The notes under the pieces are model-generated. The model searched no databases. It was not told the DNA's origin and saw only the letters and a list, made by a program, of their open reading frames with translations. A stretch of 64,000 nt of DNA, from NCBI RefSeq assembly GCF_009834535.1, contig NC_045701.1, forward strand, positions 6,076,001-6,140,000, read 5' to 3'. The stretch is from Camelus ferus (Eukaryota). A program made the translations under genes and the position numbers. Positions 25,879 through 38,614 of this stretch are shown here, one piece after another (the first letter of the stretch is position 1; every line of letters starts with the position of its first letter).

Positions 25879-25910
25879 TTCAAGCCCATTTCTGATACGT
25901 CAAGGTCTAA

Positions 25911-26432
25911 GGCAGTGCACCCCAACAGAAATATAATTCAAGTCATATATATGATTTAAAATTTTCTAGTAGCCTCGTTTTAAAAAGTAAAACCAAACAG
26001 GTGAACTNNNNNNNNNNNNNNNNNNNNNNNNNNNNNNNNNNNNNNNNNNNNNNNNNNNNNNNNNNNNNNNNNNNNNNNNNNNNNNNNNNNNNNNNNNNNN
26101 NNNNNNNNNNNNNNNNNNNNNNNNNNNNNNNNNNNNNNNNNNNNNNNNNNNNNNNNNNNNTTTCTCAATTTGGATGCTAAATCTTCATCGGAAATGCATG
26201 ATCTCTATATGAATTTCCTAACATTTACAGCTGAAAAGGCTGATTCACATATACAAGTTATTCCAAACGCACTTAAAAGTTTTCCTATTGCCAAATTGAA
26301 AACGTGGTTTTTAATTTAAATTTAAGTGAATTAAACAGAACCAGAAATTCTGTTCCTCAGTCTCACTGGCCACATTTCAAGTGTCCCACAGCCAGATGTG
26401 GCCAGTGGCTACCGTAATCACTCAGGACAGGT
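25911..26432. mobile_element. Charlie1-derived MITE (MER33/MER3 group)
   Basis: aacagaaatataattcaagtcatatat..aaattttctagtagcc..aaaaagtaaaa..acaggtgaa, ending ctcagtctcactggccacatttcaagtg..gatgtggccagtggctaccgta. Confidence 0.82.
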
Positions 26433-26659
26433 CTAAAGGGTCTTCTTCCCAAGTTACTCCATCCTGAAAACTTCCTTTTCTCAGTCATCAGAAGGAATGA
26501 GGGCTGCTCCATGGGAAAAAGCATGAGGGAGTTGTTGTGGTGTGCTGTGGTGAGTAACTGAAGGGCTTTTTGATTCTAGAACAATGTATCCATAGAGCAT
26601 CCTTCCTTAAGGATGAGTGGGAGTCTGACAGGTACAACCAGGAGAGACAAAGGGAGCAG

Positions 26660-26830
26660 AAGGAGATTCCCAGAGCACCGACTAGGAGCCAAGCACCGCA
26701 CTGAGCACAGAAAAGCCACTGGCCCATCTGGTCCCCACCAACTCATGGGTGACATATCATTAAGTGGATTTAACAGATGAGGAATTTGAGATTGGCCCCA
26801 GTAGGGGCACTTGACCAAGGGCCCACAACT
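26660..26830. mobile_element. MIR SINE fragment
   Basis: taacagatgaggaatttgag..cacttgaccaagggcccaca. Confidence 0.65.
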
Positions 26831-27609
26831 TCCCAAACAGACCCTCTTTCTCCCCAGGCCACATCGTAAGATCCAAGGATGGGGGGTTAGGGAAGGCATG
26901 CAATGTCCTTTCTGTCCTTAATACCATGTAGAATGCAAGACAGGCCAGAATGCAGGTCACCACTCATCTGAAAACCCATGTGGATGGGAAGGAAGGGGAA
27001 CCAGAAGGGTAATAGGGAGCCAAAGGCCTGAAAATCCTAGTCTTTACATTTTTGTCCCACTAAATACATCATCTTCCAGTGGTGCCACCTCACTGTCCTC
27101 TGGGCCACTGGCACTGTTGTGGCCAAGAGTCAGGTGCTCAATTCCTACCATCAGGGCTTGGGGCCCTTGGAAGATTTTCTGTGCTCTGACTTCACAAACG
27201 TCCATCCAGACTGGATTCAGTTCTTGCAGAACCCACATGCCAAGCCTCAGGTTCCCACAGGAGGCGTGAATCAGGCAGGGAAAGCAATTTTCTGACCCAG
27301 CCATTGAAGGATGATCAAGTAACTGAAGCAAGATCTGGGAGGAAACTTCTGTAGATGAACACTGCCATTGAACTCAAAGTTTCTTGGCAAAGCCTTAATA
27401 AGGCCAAGGTAAAGCAATTCTCTAGGCTTCTTTGGGCATTAGAGGAAGCATAACATGCTTGGTCTAAGAGGCATATAAAGCCTACTTCTTCCTCTAGCGT
27501 AGGCCCAGAAATGAAGCTGATGAAGAAACAAAGATTTTTCCTCATTCTGATTGGAGGTATCAAAAGAAGCAAATCGGGGTGGGGGGCAAATTAAGTTATT
27601 TTGATTAAT

Positions 27610-28215
27610 TGATAAAGGCAGGTGAGCCAGAAACAAAGAGCAAAGACTAAAACCGAGCAGGACCCTCCAGGGCCTTCCCAGGTACAAAAGCCCCTCCGTG
27701 TCCCTTGCTTGTAATAAAAAAGGGGCTTTAGTCTCCCAGGCCCTCCTCCAAAGGTTAAAGTTCCAAAGAGCAGGCTCAAGCAGTTAACGATTAGGATAAG
27801 AGGGTCACAGGACTCCTCCTGAAGGAAGATAGATGACAATCGAACGCATATCTTTGAGTTGTTCTGCAGAAACTAAGACCCCCACTCAGGTGGAGGATGG
27901 GGAGCAAAAGCACTAAACCCTAGACTAGTTGGAACCAGAGGTGGATGAATGACATTACCGAAACTTCACCGTTACCTCACCACCAACCAATCAGAAGAGC
28001 TGATCATGTACCCTGCAACCCTCACCTCTAAAGTTACCTTTAAAAACTCTTACCTAAAAGGCACAGGGGAGTTCAGGTCTTTTGGGCACAAGCTGCCTGT
28101 TCTCCTTGCTTGGCACCCTGCAATAAATGTTGTACTTTCCTTCACCACAACTGGGTATCAGTAGATTGGCTTTAAGGAGCGTCTGGCGAGCAGACCCAAG
28201 TTTGGTTCAGTAACA
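27610..28215 (+). mobile_element. Solo ERV1-class LTR (~606 bp)
   Basis: Starts tgataaagg, ends ggttcagtaaca. Near-TSD taat/aaat. CCAAT at 27987-27991, TATA-like tttaaaaa at 28039-28046, AATAAA at 28122-28127. Confidence 0.88.
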
Positions 28216-28489
28216 AAATCAGACTGTCAGTTGCAGAACTATACCCCAAGACCTTCCTGCTTTGGGGGAGAAGGAGGCAGCTTGGATACGGAGTGACCCT
28301 AGGCCTGATGCCATCTCCAAGCACTCCTCACCTTGAGCTCCAAAAGCTGGATTGTAACTCAGTGATCTGCACAAATGCATGGACTGGTGAAATTTCTGAG
28401 CCAGGCTGCAACAGATGCCTGGCCAGATGTTCTGGGCTTGGGGGAGAGAAAAAATGGCAGCTTGGGGAACAGAAAGGAAGCAGAGTCTC

Positions 28490-28585
28490 CAAGTCATAGG
28501 ATCACAGAATTGTAGTCCAAACCCTTTTTTCAGATGAGGATTCTAAGGCCAGAGAGAAGAGGTAATTGTCTAAGGTTAAATGTCT
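28490..28585. mobile_element. MIR fragment
   Basis: tagtccaaaccctttttcagatgaggattctaaggccagagagaag. Confidence 0.65.
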
Positions 28586-30164
28586 ACACGGGAAGCGAGG
28601 AAACCCTGTGAACTAAGGGAGAGCCCTGATTCCAGGGTCCTTAAGTACCCCTCACCAGGGCAAAGGGGTAGGGCTGCTCCCATAAGGCCAACTGCTACAT
28701 AAGCCTCTCTCTCAAGGGCCTGAGAGCTAGCTCTTTGAAATGTAATCATCAAGGAAGATAAAGCTCCATCTCCCTGTTTCCTGGGAGGAAGTGGCCCTAA
28801 CATTAGTAGTCACCAGACTCCAAACTGCAACCCCACCTCTAGGGCTAAAGATAAGACAAATTTAGCAATTTTATCTGAAAGACGTGACTATAATGCACTG
28901 TATCCACCTAGCTGTGTAGAAAAGCAGGATTTCTTTCCACTTTCACAGTCTCTAGCTTTGCAACCCTTGCAGCAGGCTGCCTGTGATGTGCATCACATTC
29001 TGGTTTAATGCTGATTCAGTAACAAAATTGTTTTCTTTCTCTTCTATCTTGGTGGAGAGGCATTCTGGGTTGGGAGGAGATTTTGCTTTTAATTATATTT
29101 CCGCAGAATCACGCCAACCTCCACCCAGATCTGACCTCCTGGAAGTTATGTTTATTTTTCATTTTAGTTATCTTAAACTAAAATGGGGTACAATTGTGGT
29201 TTTATGATGTGATTAACCATCACCTCTACAGGGAGGGGCATCCCAACAGCCCACTCAGAGATCCTAAAAGAAAAGACAGAACTTGGTCCTCTGAATGTAG
29301 CTTCAGGACAGTCTCTTAGCTCAGCCCCCATGCATCCCAAGGACCACAGATTCCAGGCAGGGTGCCAGAGCCCCTGAGCCGGCTGGCTCCAGCCCTTAGG
29401 ACAGACTGTGCCCTCTGCCAGGAAAGACTCGCAGCCACCCCTTCTTCTGGGTAACCCCATCAGAGCAGGAACCCTGTCTTACTCACTCACTCTGTCCTCC
29501 AGCACAGAGCAACGTGTGAATGAATGAAGGGAGACCTTTAACTCTCCTCTGTTTCCCTCCAAGTCAATACTATCTCCACATTCAGTTTGTTTCCGTTGGA
29601 AACATTTGTTCCACCAGGAAACGTTTCTCAAACAGAGCACTCTGTTTCAACTGTTAAAATGGAAAGGTCCTTTCAGGAGAAGAATGCTCATCAAACATTT
29701 TTGCTATCACACAGCCAGTAGAACACAGGTGAAAAACATCCTCGTCTTAGCCCTGGCACTTGCTGTGATGTTTCCTCGGCGGAAACCTGTCTCTCTCCAA
29801 GGCTATCAGCCAGTTTCAGGACCTCTCCCATCCTTTCCTCCCTGAGACCAGTCCATCTCTGTCTATCCCCAATAGGAACGCTGTCAAAGGCATCCTTGAG
29901 AGCAAATGTTCTGAAATGGATTCCTCCGGTCACACCCAGAGCATGCTTTTTGCAGAGCCCAGTCTGAAGCGAGCCGGACTCACCTATCCATCCAGAATGC
30001 CAGGCTGTCGTTTAATATTACTGAGCATTAATAGAAATCTAGCTGTATTTACCCCATCAACCTGGCCAGGGTTACCAGAACAGGAACCCATCCCAGTGTG
30101 AATGCCTCGGGAAATAAGCCACCAGACTGCACACCCAAACAGATTTTGCTGCTTAAGGACTGTC

Positions 30165-30345
30165 CAGGAGTGGTTCTCAAACCTTGGTGTGCATCAGAAC
30201 TTGTACGAACACAGGTTCCTGGGCCCCAGCTCCAGCGTTATGATTCAGTACATGGGGGGAGGGTTGGGGCGCTCTGCCTCTCTAAAAGTTCCCAGGTGAT
30301 GACTGAGGCTCCTGGTCCCAGGAGCACTCTTTGAGCAGCCCTGCT
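30165..30345. mobile_element. MER5A MITE
   Basis: gtggttctcaaaccttggtgtgcatcagaac..cctgggccccagctccag..tgattcagta..cccaggtgat..ggtcccaggagcactctttgag. Confidence 0.85.
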
Positions 30346-32344
30346 GAGCACAGCACCTCAGTCACCATTTGAATGACAGAGCCAGAACCTGGCTGGCTTC
30401 TTTCCGGACTGACCTAGCAGCAAGGCCATGCTGCAAGGATCTCAACCCCAGTTCCCCTGGGAGACTGGTATACTACCACTGAAATCAGACCCTCTGGCAC
30501 TGCTGACTACTTGCTTCCGTTATAATCTAAAAGAATTTAATTTCTCAGCAAATGACACATTTTTGTTAATACTTCATTGAGTTCAACCAGTGTGACATGC
30601 GACTGAGAAGAGGTTGTAATGGCCTGGCTAACACAGCCAACACCACGTGGGAGGACACCAAAATTCAGTGCACTTGGCCTCTAGCTCAAGTCCAAGTTCC
30701 CCAAGGCATCTACCTCCTTTGACCTCTGCAGCCGGACGTTCTAATCACTTAACAACATGCCCCTAGACCGCCGGACAAAAGAAGGGCTTGGATGCCCTCA
30801 GAAGTCAATCTAGTGGACAGAATGAAATGGGCACACACATTAAACTATTTTTAACCAAGGCAATGTGTTATCTATTGCTAAGCCGTGTGTCATAACATTA
30901 TAGGCTTCAGATTTTCCACACAAGCAATGAGGCATCACACAAATGGCCCCATCCTCCCCATGCCTCTGCACTGGAGCCCTTTAGGGTCCCCTAACTCAAG
31001 CTACAAAAGTCATCATGAAGTTTTAGTCTTCCCACAATTTAATTTTTTAAATGTAATATGTATCTTCCTTGTCCTTGGGAAAGCACATAAATCCACGCTC
31101 CAACCCTGAACACAAACATTCTGCCCGCAGCCAGTGCAGAGGTTTTCCCTGTCCTTTGTGCCTTAGGTCACTTGATCTGGTGCCTCAAGCCAAAGGAAAC
31201 AGCCTAGTGTCACATCCCCGACAACAGAGATATTCACTGACTTGGGTTTTTCTTTCCTGACCTTTATCTGCTGAATGCATAAGGTAGACTAGCAAATGAA
31301 ACTAGCCGATTAAAATACTCTATTAAGAAAAAAACCACTGTTAGCTTTAAAGGGGGTGTAGCGCCAGCACATCTGGATCCAATCATTGTAAAATTTCACA
31401 TTCTTAGCGTCTTCCCTCCCATAGGGAAGGCAGCAGAGCACAGGGACAAAGCACAGACAGAATCCCTGGACTCTGACCTACGCTTTACCACTAGCCGCAT
31501 GCATGACGTTGGGCAGGGTCCGTGACCTCCCTAGGGCTCAGCTTCCTAAAGAGTCTTCCAGGTCACACGACCAGCGCTAACTGGTAATGTGATTCAAATG
31601 TTGATGAATTTGTAATGACTTTCACTTTTCCGCTTGATTTTATCTGCAAAGGTTCCAGTTCTCCTGGGAGGAGGCACACCAACGTTCCTCTCTCTCTGGG
31701 GCACGTCACCCCCTCTGTCCCTCCTCCTCCTCACCTTCCCTTCTCCGGAGCCTGGAGGGGGGCCTCTCCACCTCCCCAGTTCAGCTTCTCCAAGGGGGAG
31801 CTGTGAAGAGAAAGAGCCCCAGGGAAAGCTTCCCAAATTGGCACTCAGCTCTCTCCGACTAATGTCTAGCACAGCACGCCTTTAGTTCATCAAATAAGCT
31901 TCTAATTGTCTTTTTGGAAATGTGCATGGACGCGTAGTTCAAGCCATTTGGCAAGTGCCTCGCAGGGTATTTTCTCTGACATTGTGCTGGGAGGAGAAGG
32001 ATTTAAGAGTCTGGAGGAGCATTAGAAAAAACTGCAACCCATCGGTCTTGTCCTTGGATGGAGATAAAACAACCTTTTCAGGGCCCCACCATCCGTATGG
32101 TGCAAACTTCTGCAGGTCTCCAAGAACTTTCACATTTGGACCTTCGTCTTCTCCCAGGGACAGTGAGAAGGTGTCCTGATAGGGTTAATGGATGCCAAGA
32201 ACGGCACACCTAGTGGTCCCAGCAGTGCTCTCCTGTCTCCAGGTATCATTCTTCCCAGGTGCAATATTAATAGGCTGGTGAGGGTCCTGACATCAGGTGA
32301 GAGGCAGACCCTAAGATTCAGTAGGAACCACATTCAAGAGGATG

Positions 32345-32470
32345 TGTGAGGAGCACTCCATTTGGAGTCAGAAACCTGAGTTCAAATCTCTGGCCTAGCA
32401 GCTCGTCCAGCGGTTCCTCAGAAGAGATGAGCAGACCTTGTGACCTCCAACTCTCTGCTGTAAAATGCTG
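32345..32470. mobile_element. MIR fragment
   Basis: tttggagtcagaaacctgagttcaaatctctggc..ctctctgctgtaaaatg. Confidence 0.7.
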
Positions 32471-32519
32471 ACAGGGGTCCCTGCCCTCCAGGCAAACCCT
32501 GCCCCAAATTAACCACGTG

Positions 32520-32800
32520 TACACACTCACCTCAGGATCTTACTGAAATGCTGATTCGGAGTTAGCAGGTGTGGATGGAGCCCTGCAGTTCCAGGGAGTT
32601 TTCCAGGTGAAGTTGCTGATGCATGGACCAGCTTCCAAGAGCAAGGAAGGACAAAGAGATGGATGACCTCATCCAGTGTTTCTCAAATAGCCCCGGTGAG
32701 AATCACATGGGGTAACTTTTAGAGGCACAGATTCTAGAGCCCCAACCCAGACCAGGGCAGGCCTGGGAGCTGTCAGTTTAGTAAGTACTCAGGTGAGTCT
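32520..32800. mobile_element. Two adjacent MER5-type fragments
   Basis: First: gttttccaggtgaagttgctgatgcatggacca. Second: cagtgtttctcaaa..gagaatcacatggggtaacttt..cagattctagagcccc. Confidence 0.6.
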
Positions 32801-33769
32801 CCTTATCAGAGAAGTGTGGGAACCCTGATCTAGTTTATCCACATCTCTCATTAATGCTCCTACACAGTCTGTGGCAGCCCTGGATTCCTTCATGTTGTTC
32901 TCTTCTATTAACTTAAAACCTAGTAACCTAGCTCCTGCTTCCAGGGGACCCTGTAGAGCACATTCAGAGAGCCGAGGGCTCTCCCAAACTTTTCCAAGTC
33001 CTGGCACACTTGGAAAATGATCATCTTTGTCTCGCCCGAGCCCCGGGGGACTGAGGAAGGACTGGGGGGTGCCACTATCTCAGCGTCCTTTTGATCATAA
33101 GCCAGCTCCTCGGCTAGAAAGCGCTGCTCCCACCTCAACCTCATCAGTCAATGAGCAAAACCAGCCAACACAGCCCTCCAGTACATCTCCCCATTGTGCT
33201 TAAGATGATCCAAAACAGAGGAAAAAAAAATAAACATATCAAACTCCCATCCTGAGGTTGCCTACAAGAGCCAACGCAGTACAGAGGGAACACACACACA
33301 TATCAATTTACCCACCCTAACAAATCATAGCTCATTACCATGTGCCCAGAAGCTTGCACAGTCAGCTTTACATTTATCATCCCCCACTTCGGCAATGCAG
33401 CCCTCACATCTGGACAAGCCACTTGGCCGCTCAGGACCTCAGTCTCTGCATCAACACGATGGTCTAATTCATCCCCCAAACCTCTGTGAACTCCCATGGT
33501 GAGCAGATGTGGCGCTACAATGAGCATGATCAAGAGGAAGAGGTGAGGGGCCAGTGCCATCCCTCAGTAGCCCTGTGCCGATCCCTCATCCCCCATCCCA
33601 CCAGCACCAGCGGAGATCAAGCACATGGAACAAGTTTTCAAACACTCAAGGAACAAAGAGGGACCTAGGGGAGTCATTTGCATCACAAACGAAATCTTTA
33701 ATTTGAAAACTAAATCACAGAAAGAGTGGCTAAAGTGACAAGTTCCCCTGACACACTTTGTGAGTCAGG

Positions 33770-33880
33770 TTTACTTATGTACGACTACGTACAGTAAATT
33801 TCACCCTTTTCAAGTATATAGTTCTATCGATTTTGACAAACACGCAGTTCCTGCTGCAGTGTTAAAAATAGATTATCTCT
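33770..33880 (-). mobile_element. Old L1 (L1MB/MC-like) 3' end
   Basis: tacagtaaatttcaccctttcaagtatatagttctatcgattttgacaaa. Confidence 0.7.
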
Positions 33881-34609
33881 AGCTTTTCAAGAATACGTTA
33901 CATAAATTGACGTTAACATGAGGGCTCATATGGCCCAATGACACAAAATTAATTCTAGCTCCTCTTTCTAAAAATGAAGGTTCCCATTCTTCCAGAAGGA
34001 AGAACCTAGAACTGAAAATCTTGTCTCCGGGGATGGGGGTTTGGGGCAGGGATCAATTTGCAGAAACATCTGCAAGGCAAGAAGCAGAGTATTGGTCAAT
34101 GCAACTGAACTAATGGGAGAGTCCCTCCTCTTGACCCTGCTCCCTCTCATATGAAAGCATTTACCAACTTTAAAAAAAAAAAATCCACACAGAGCCCAAA
34201 CATATTCCTATCAAAGGTCATACTTAACCACTTGTGCAGTTGAAAACCACAAAGCTTCCCTGAATTAACTCCAAAAAACTCTAATAAATCTCACATTACT
34301 ATCAATGCTCCAAAGAAATTTACCTGGACAAGGAACATAACTTTTGTTTAAAGACATATCTTAAAATGAATTGCATGAGCTTACGTACAAAAGGTTGGGG
34401 GCGGGGGATGATTACTCAAATAGAACTCTAACCATCTATTAAAAATACATCTGTGCTGCAGAACAAGGTCCTGGAACTTCAGGCTACAAACAGCATTACA
34501 AGCAGGAAAATGGAAACAAATGCCACTGTAAACAATCAATTCAACAATGTTTCTAACCTTACTCTGTGGCTGGCTTCTGGTAAACAAACAACTGATTTCC
34601 AAGTTCTAG

Positions 34610-35725
34610 CTCAGTGGCACTCAAACCTCATTATACCTAACAAACTTCTGGTTAAGAAAACTGCACCTTCTTGGACCCTACACAGACCTACCAAATCAGA
34701 GTATCTGGGGACTGGGCAGCATATTCCTGGGTAATTCTGCTAGTTCTGACCTACGGACCACCCTCTAGGAAACGCAGCCCTCCTAAGAGAACATGTGTTT
34801 TGTTATGTAATTACTAAAAATACAGTCAAGATGGTGAAATAACCTGGACATGTACCCTGAGTCTGAGTTATAATCTATAGGCTAATGGACAAGGATTAGA
34901 AAGATTTTCGTTCTTCAGAAAGATTGTCATCGCAGTATCAACAGATGAAATACACAGTGACAATCTCTCATCAGTGTTCAGCTGCCAGTTCTCAGGGTGG
35001 TACCCGGACCGGCAGCTCAGAATTTTTGAGTCCCACCTTAAAAAGACAATCTCTGGGAGTGGAGCCTAGGAATCCTTGTTTCAGAATTTTCTCTAGGCAA
35101 TTCTTCTGCCCTGGGCACATGCCCCTAGTTCATGCAGATACATTTTACAATAATAAATACTTAATAATCACATTTTTTCCCTTGTCCTCTTGCCAGTTCT
35201 ATTTTTGCTTTGATAAAGCATGCAATGTTCATTTGTTAACACGCTGTCTCAACGTATTGCCCGCCTGCTCCCCACTGTGATGCAAGGTGCATCTCTACAG
35301 CACAGAAAGTTCAAGCCAGATTTATTTTCCATTAGCTGAGGGACAATGAGCCCAGCCTGGCAGTCGAAGACCCTCCCCATTAGTATGGTGGCAGGGGTAC
35401 CACTGTCTAAGAAGCTCTCGGGCTCAGAGCACCCCGAGTCCAGTGAACACCTTTCCATGACGGCTCCCATGCAAGCCAGACAACAGAAAACCAAATGGGA
35501 ACTTGGTGGTATTGGTGGGATTCCCTTCCCAAAATATTAAGTCCACGGTAGCAAGCATTCATTCTCACATGTTGGGGTGCGTCAAAATATTCAGGGGAAC
35601 AACAAAAATACAGATTCCTTGGTTGCAAACTCAGCTCTATTCCAGAAAGTCTCCTAAATCTGTATTTTTTAACGAGTCTCCCAGGAGATTCTTATGCGTA
35701 TCAAGACTTGGGAAATCACCAGTGT
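34610..35725. mobile_element. Cluster of three MER5-type MITEs (~34610-34770, ~34985-35110, ~35555-35725)
   Basis: cagtggcactcaaacc..cagacctaccaaatcagagtatctgggga; cagttctcagggtggtacccggacc..aatctctgggagtggagcctaggaatc; aaatacagattcc..aatctgtattttttaacgagtctcccaggagattctt. Confidence 0.7.
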
Positions 35726-36008
35726 TATGGAAGAAATCTATATTCCGGAGGAGAAGATCTGAGCCTGAATCAAACTTACCCAGTATTTAGTGTGAACACC
35801 TTGGTACACATCAATTTCCTCAAAGCAGAAATAATACCTGCCTGCCATGGCAAAAGATAAATGCAAGACCTTAGTGGAACACAAAGTCCCAAGTACCGGT
35901 CAGTGAAACTGGCAGGTGCAGAATTCCCCAACCATTACTGACTTAGCCCAAAGACAAGCATTCCACGTCAGATTCACATTCTGAGAAACAAGTCAGTTTG
36001 ACAATCTG

Positions 36009-36415
36009 TGTCACGGCTTGAGCCATGTCCCCTCAAAAAAAAGATACATTGGAGTCCAAATTCCCCAGTTCCTGAGAATGTGACGTTATTTGGAAATAGG
36101 GTCTTCACAGAAGTAATCAAATTCAAATGAAAACATCAGGGGGGCCCTACCTCCCTTATCTCTTGTGACTGGTGTCCTTGTAAAAAGGCGAAGTCAGGAC
36201 ACAGAAACGGACACGCACACAGAAAAGATGGCTGTCTCCAAGCCGAGGAGAGAGGCCTGGGACAGATGCTTCCCACCACTCTCAGTAGCAACCAACTCTC
36301 ACCAGCACCTTCATCTCGAGCTTGTAGCTTCCAGAGCAGAGACAACACACTCCTGCTGTTTAAGCCACCGGTCTATGGCTCGGTGACATGGCAGCCCAAA
36401 CACAGTCCTTATGCA
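36009..36415 (+). mobile_element. MLT1B-like MaLR LTR
   Basis: gaatgtgacgttatttggaaatagggtcttcacagaagtaatcaa..gactggtgtccttgtaaaaag..ccaagccgaggagagaggcctgg..gtttaagccacc. Confidence 0.88.
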
Positions 36416-37194
36416 GGGTTCTGATTCAAGAGGGAAGTGCCCGCCTCCTGCTCCTTTTGTGAGGGACATTTGCACCTGATGTGCCTCAGATTCCACAAGG
36501 CTTGTCCCACTATCTCCATCATTAAACTGCATATACGCCACTTGTCAGGTCCATGAGAGAGCCAGCTCGGGGGGGACAGGGCATCACCACTGGCTCTGCC
36601 GTGCAGATCACACAATCAGAGCTCCGACGTACCCAGCAAGTTCACCAGCCAGAACCAGCAAGTGATTCTTCATTCCTATAAAACTCTGTAAACCGGCCCC
36701 CCAAGCCCCGCACAGCCAATCACACTACCTTTTTCCTTCTGTCAGAGCAGCACCTGTGGCCAGCTTCTAGCTTCCAGCGGGTCCGAGAGCTGGTGAGCCA
36801 CCCTCAGCACGCAGGCACCCAGAGACCCTCATCAAGAGGACCCACAAAGGCTCTCAGCAGACGGTTCTCAAACTGATTGCAGCTTTCATTCTCACCTAAG
36901 TAGTTCAAAATAGTTTGGGAAAATGCCCCCAAAGCAAATATAAAGCCCTTCCAACATGCATTAAAACTGCAACCCTACAGGGTCTTATTCAGTACCGGAG
37001 GAAGTGTGGGAGAGCGAGGAGCAGACTGGGCCACTAAGCTGGTTGTCCGGCAGCAGGAAGGAGCCAGGTCTATCCAGAGTGCAAAGCCAGCAAGCATCTT
37101 CCCTACTGGGCAACTGTCTCCAAGGCCCTGGCTGCTTCTGGCACCTACATGCTTTTCTTGGACAGCCTCTCTTAGGAGCCTCCTTAGCTAGGGA

Positions 37195-37340
37195 GCTATT
37201 AAAAAAAATGCAATGTCCACGTCCCACACTCAGAGATTCCAAATCAGTGAATCGGGCTGGGAACCAGCACAACCAACAAGTTGTGGGAGCTTCCCTGGTG
37301 ATTCTGACATGTATCCAGAGCCTAAAACCACAACCATGAA
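37195..37340. mobile_element. MER5B-like MITE
   Basis: ggagctattaaaaaaaatgcaatgtcc..cagagattccaaatcagt..ccctggtgattctgacatgtatccagagcctaaaaccac. Confidence 0.7.
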
Positions 37341-38614
37341 TTAGTCAGGGTCCACACAACATCCCAAGAAAAGGAGGGAGTGCCCGGGGTGGTCAGGAGA
37401 GTGGGACTCCAGGGCCAGCTTTACCAAGTGGCCCCAGTCAGTCTCAGCCTTCTGCAACTGAGTTCTTTCTCTGTCAAAGGGAGAGGCTGACCTAGAACCT
37501 TTCAGGGTCACTTTATTAAAAACTAAGTACTGATAATAAAAATAAATTTCCCTCAAATCACCCTGCTCTTCTTCCAGGATGTGCCAGGCCCGACTGCTCC
37601 ATGGCTGCACCTCAGGCTGCCCGAGGCTGACATCTTATCAGCAGGAAGAACTCCTTCAACCCCTCGGGGAGGGCCCAGGAGTGCCAGGTGCTGAGCCCAA
37701 TGGAGAGCCCTTCAAGGAGAAAATTAAGCCTCTTAAAGTGCCCTCGATGTAATCTCTCAGACCCAGGAATAATCCACACTCCCCTTGGAAGATTTGCCAT
37801 GCGTGACCTCAGGCCACATGCAGGAAATATCTTCACTTACATCAAACTAGGTCCTGGACACGGATGCCAAGTAGCTAAATGGGCTGTCTTGAAGGATGCA
37901 AACAGAAAGAGAAGAGAGGGGTCCTGATTTAAACACACCATGTTTGGAGCCGGTTGCCTGGGAGAACAGGGCAGAGGGAAGCAGAGAATACCCTATCCAT
38001 CCAGGAATTCACTCAGATAGGACCTCCAACATCGTAGGAGGAAAAAGAGACAGTTCTCCACGTGGTCAAGTGGACTCTGGGGACGAATGATGCACCAAAA
38101 CAATTCACCAGAGCACCGAGGTCAACGACAAACACTTAAGACGGGTGAACTTCCCATCTTCAACCAGCACCAGAAGTTACCAAGCAGAACGCTTAAGTGC
38201 CCCTCTTACAGAGATAAAAAAAAACAAGAGCCGTTTGTCTCTGTCGTGCTGTCCTCTGCAGGTGCCTTCAACCACTCAACAAGCATTTAACAAGGATGGC
38301 CTTCATTCTTCAGTACTTGAACTCCTAACTCTCAGCACATGACCTAAAATATCTGCCCCCAAGAGACACCACTTTTCCACCTCCACATTACTCTCTTCCT
38401 TTGCTCCAATCTGGGAAACACTGACTTTGCCTCCTAGAAGGCTAACTGTGTAATCAGCAAGTTTTCCTCCTCATCAATTACTCATTAAAAGTTGAGTATC
38501 AACCATGTGCCAGGCATTGTTCTGGACACTTGGGGACACAGTGCCAGGGATGGTTTCTCTCACGGAGCTTACACGCCACGAGACAGGCGATACACATGGA
38601 TCACGTATGGAACA

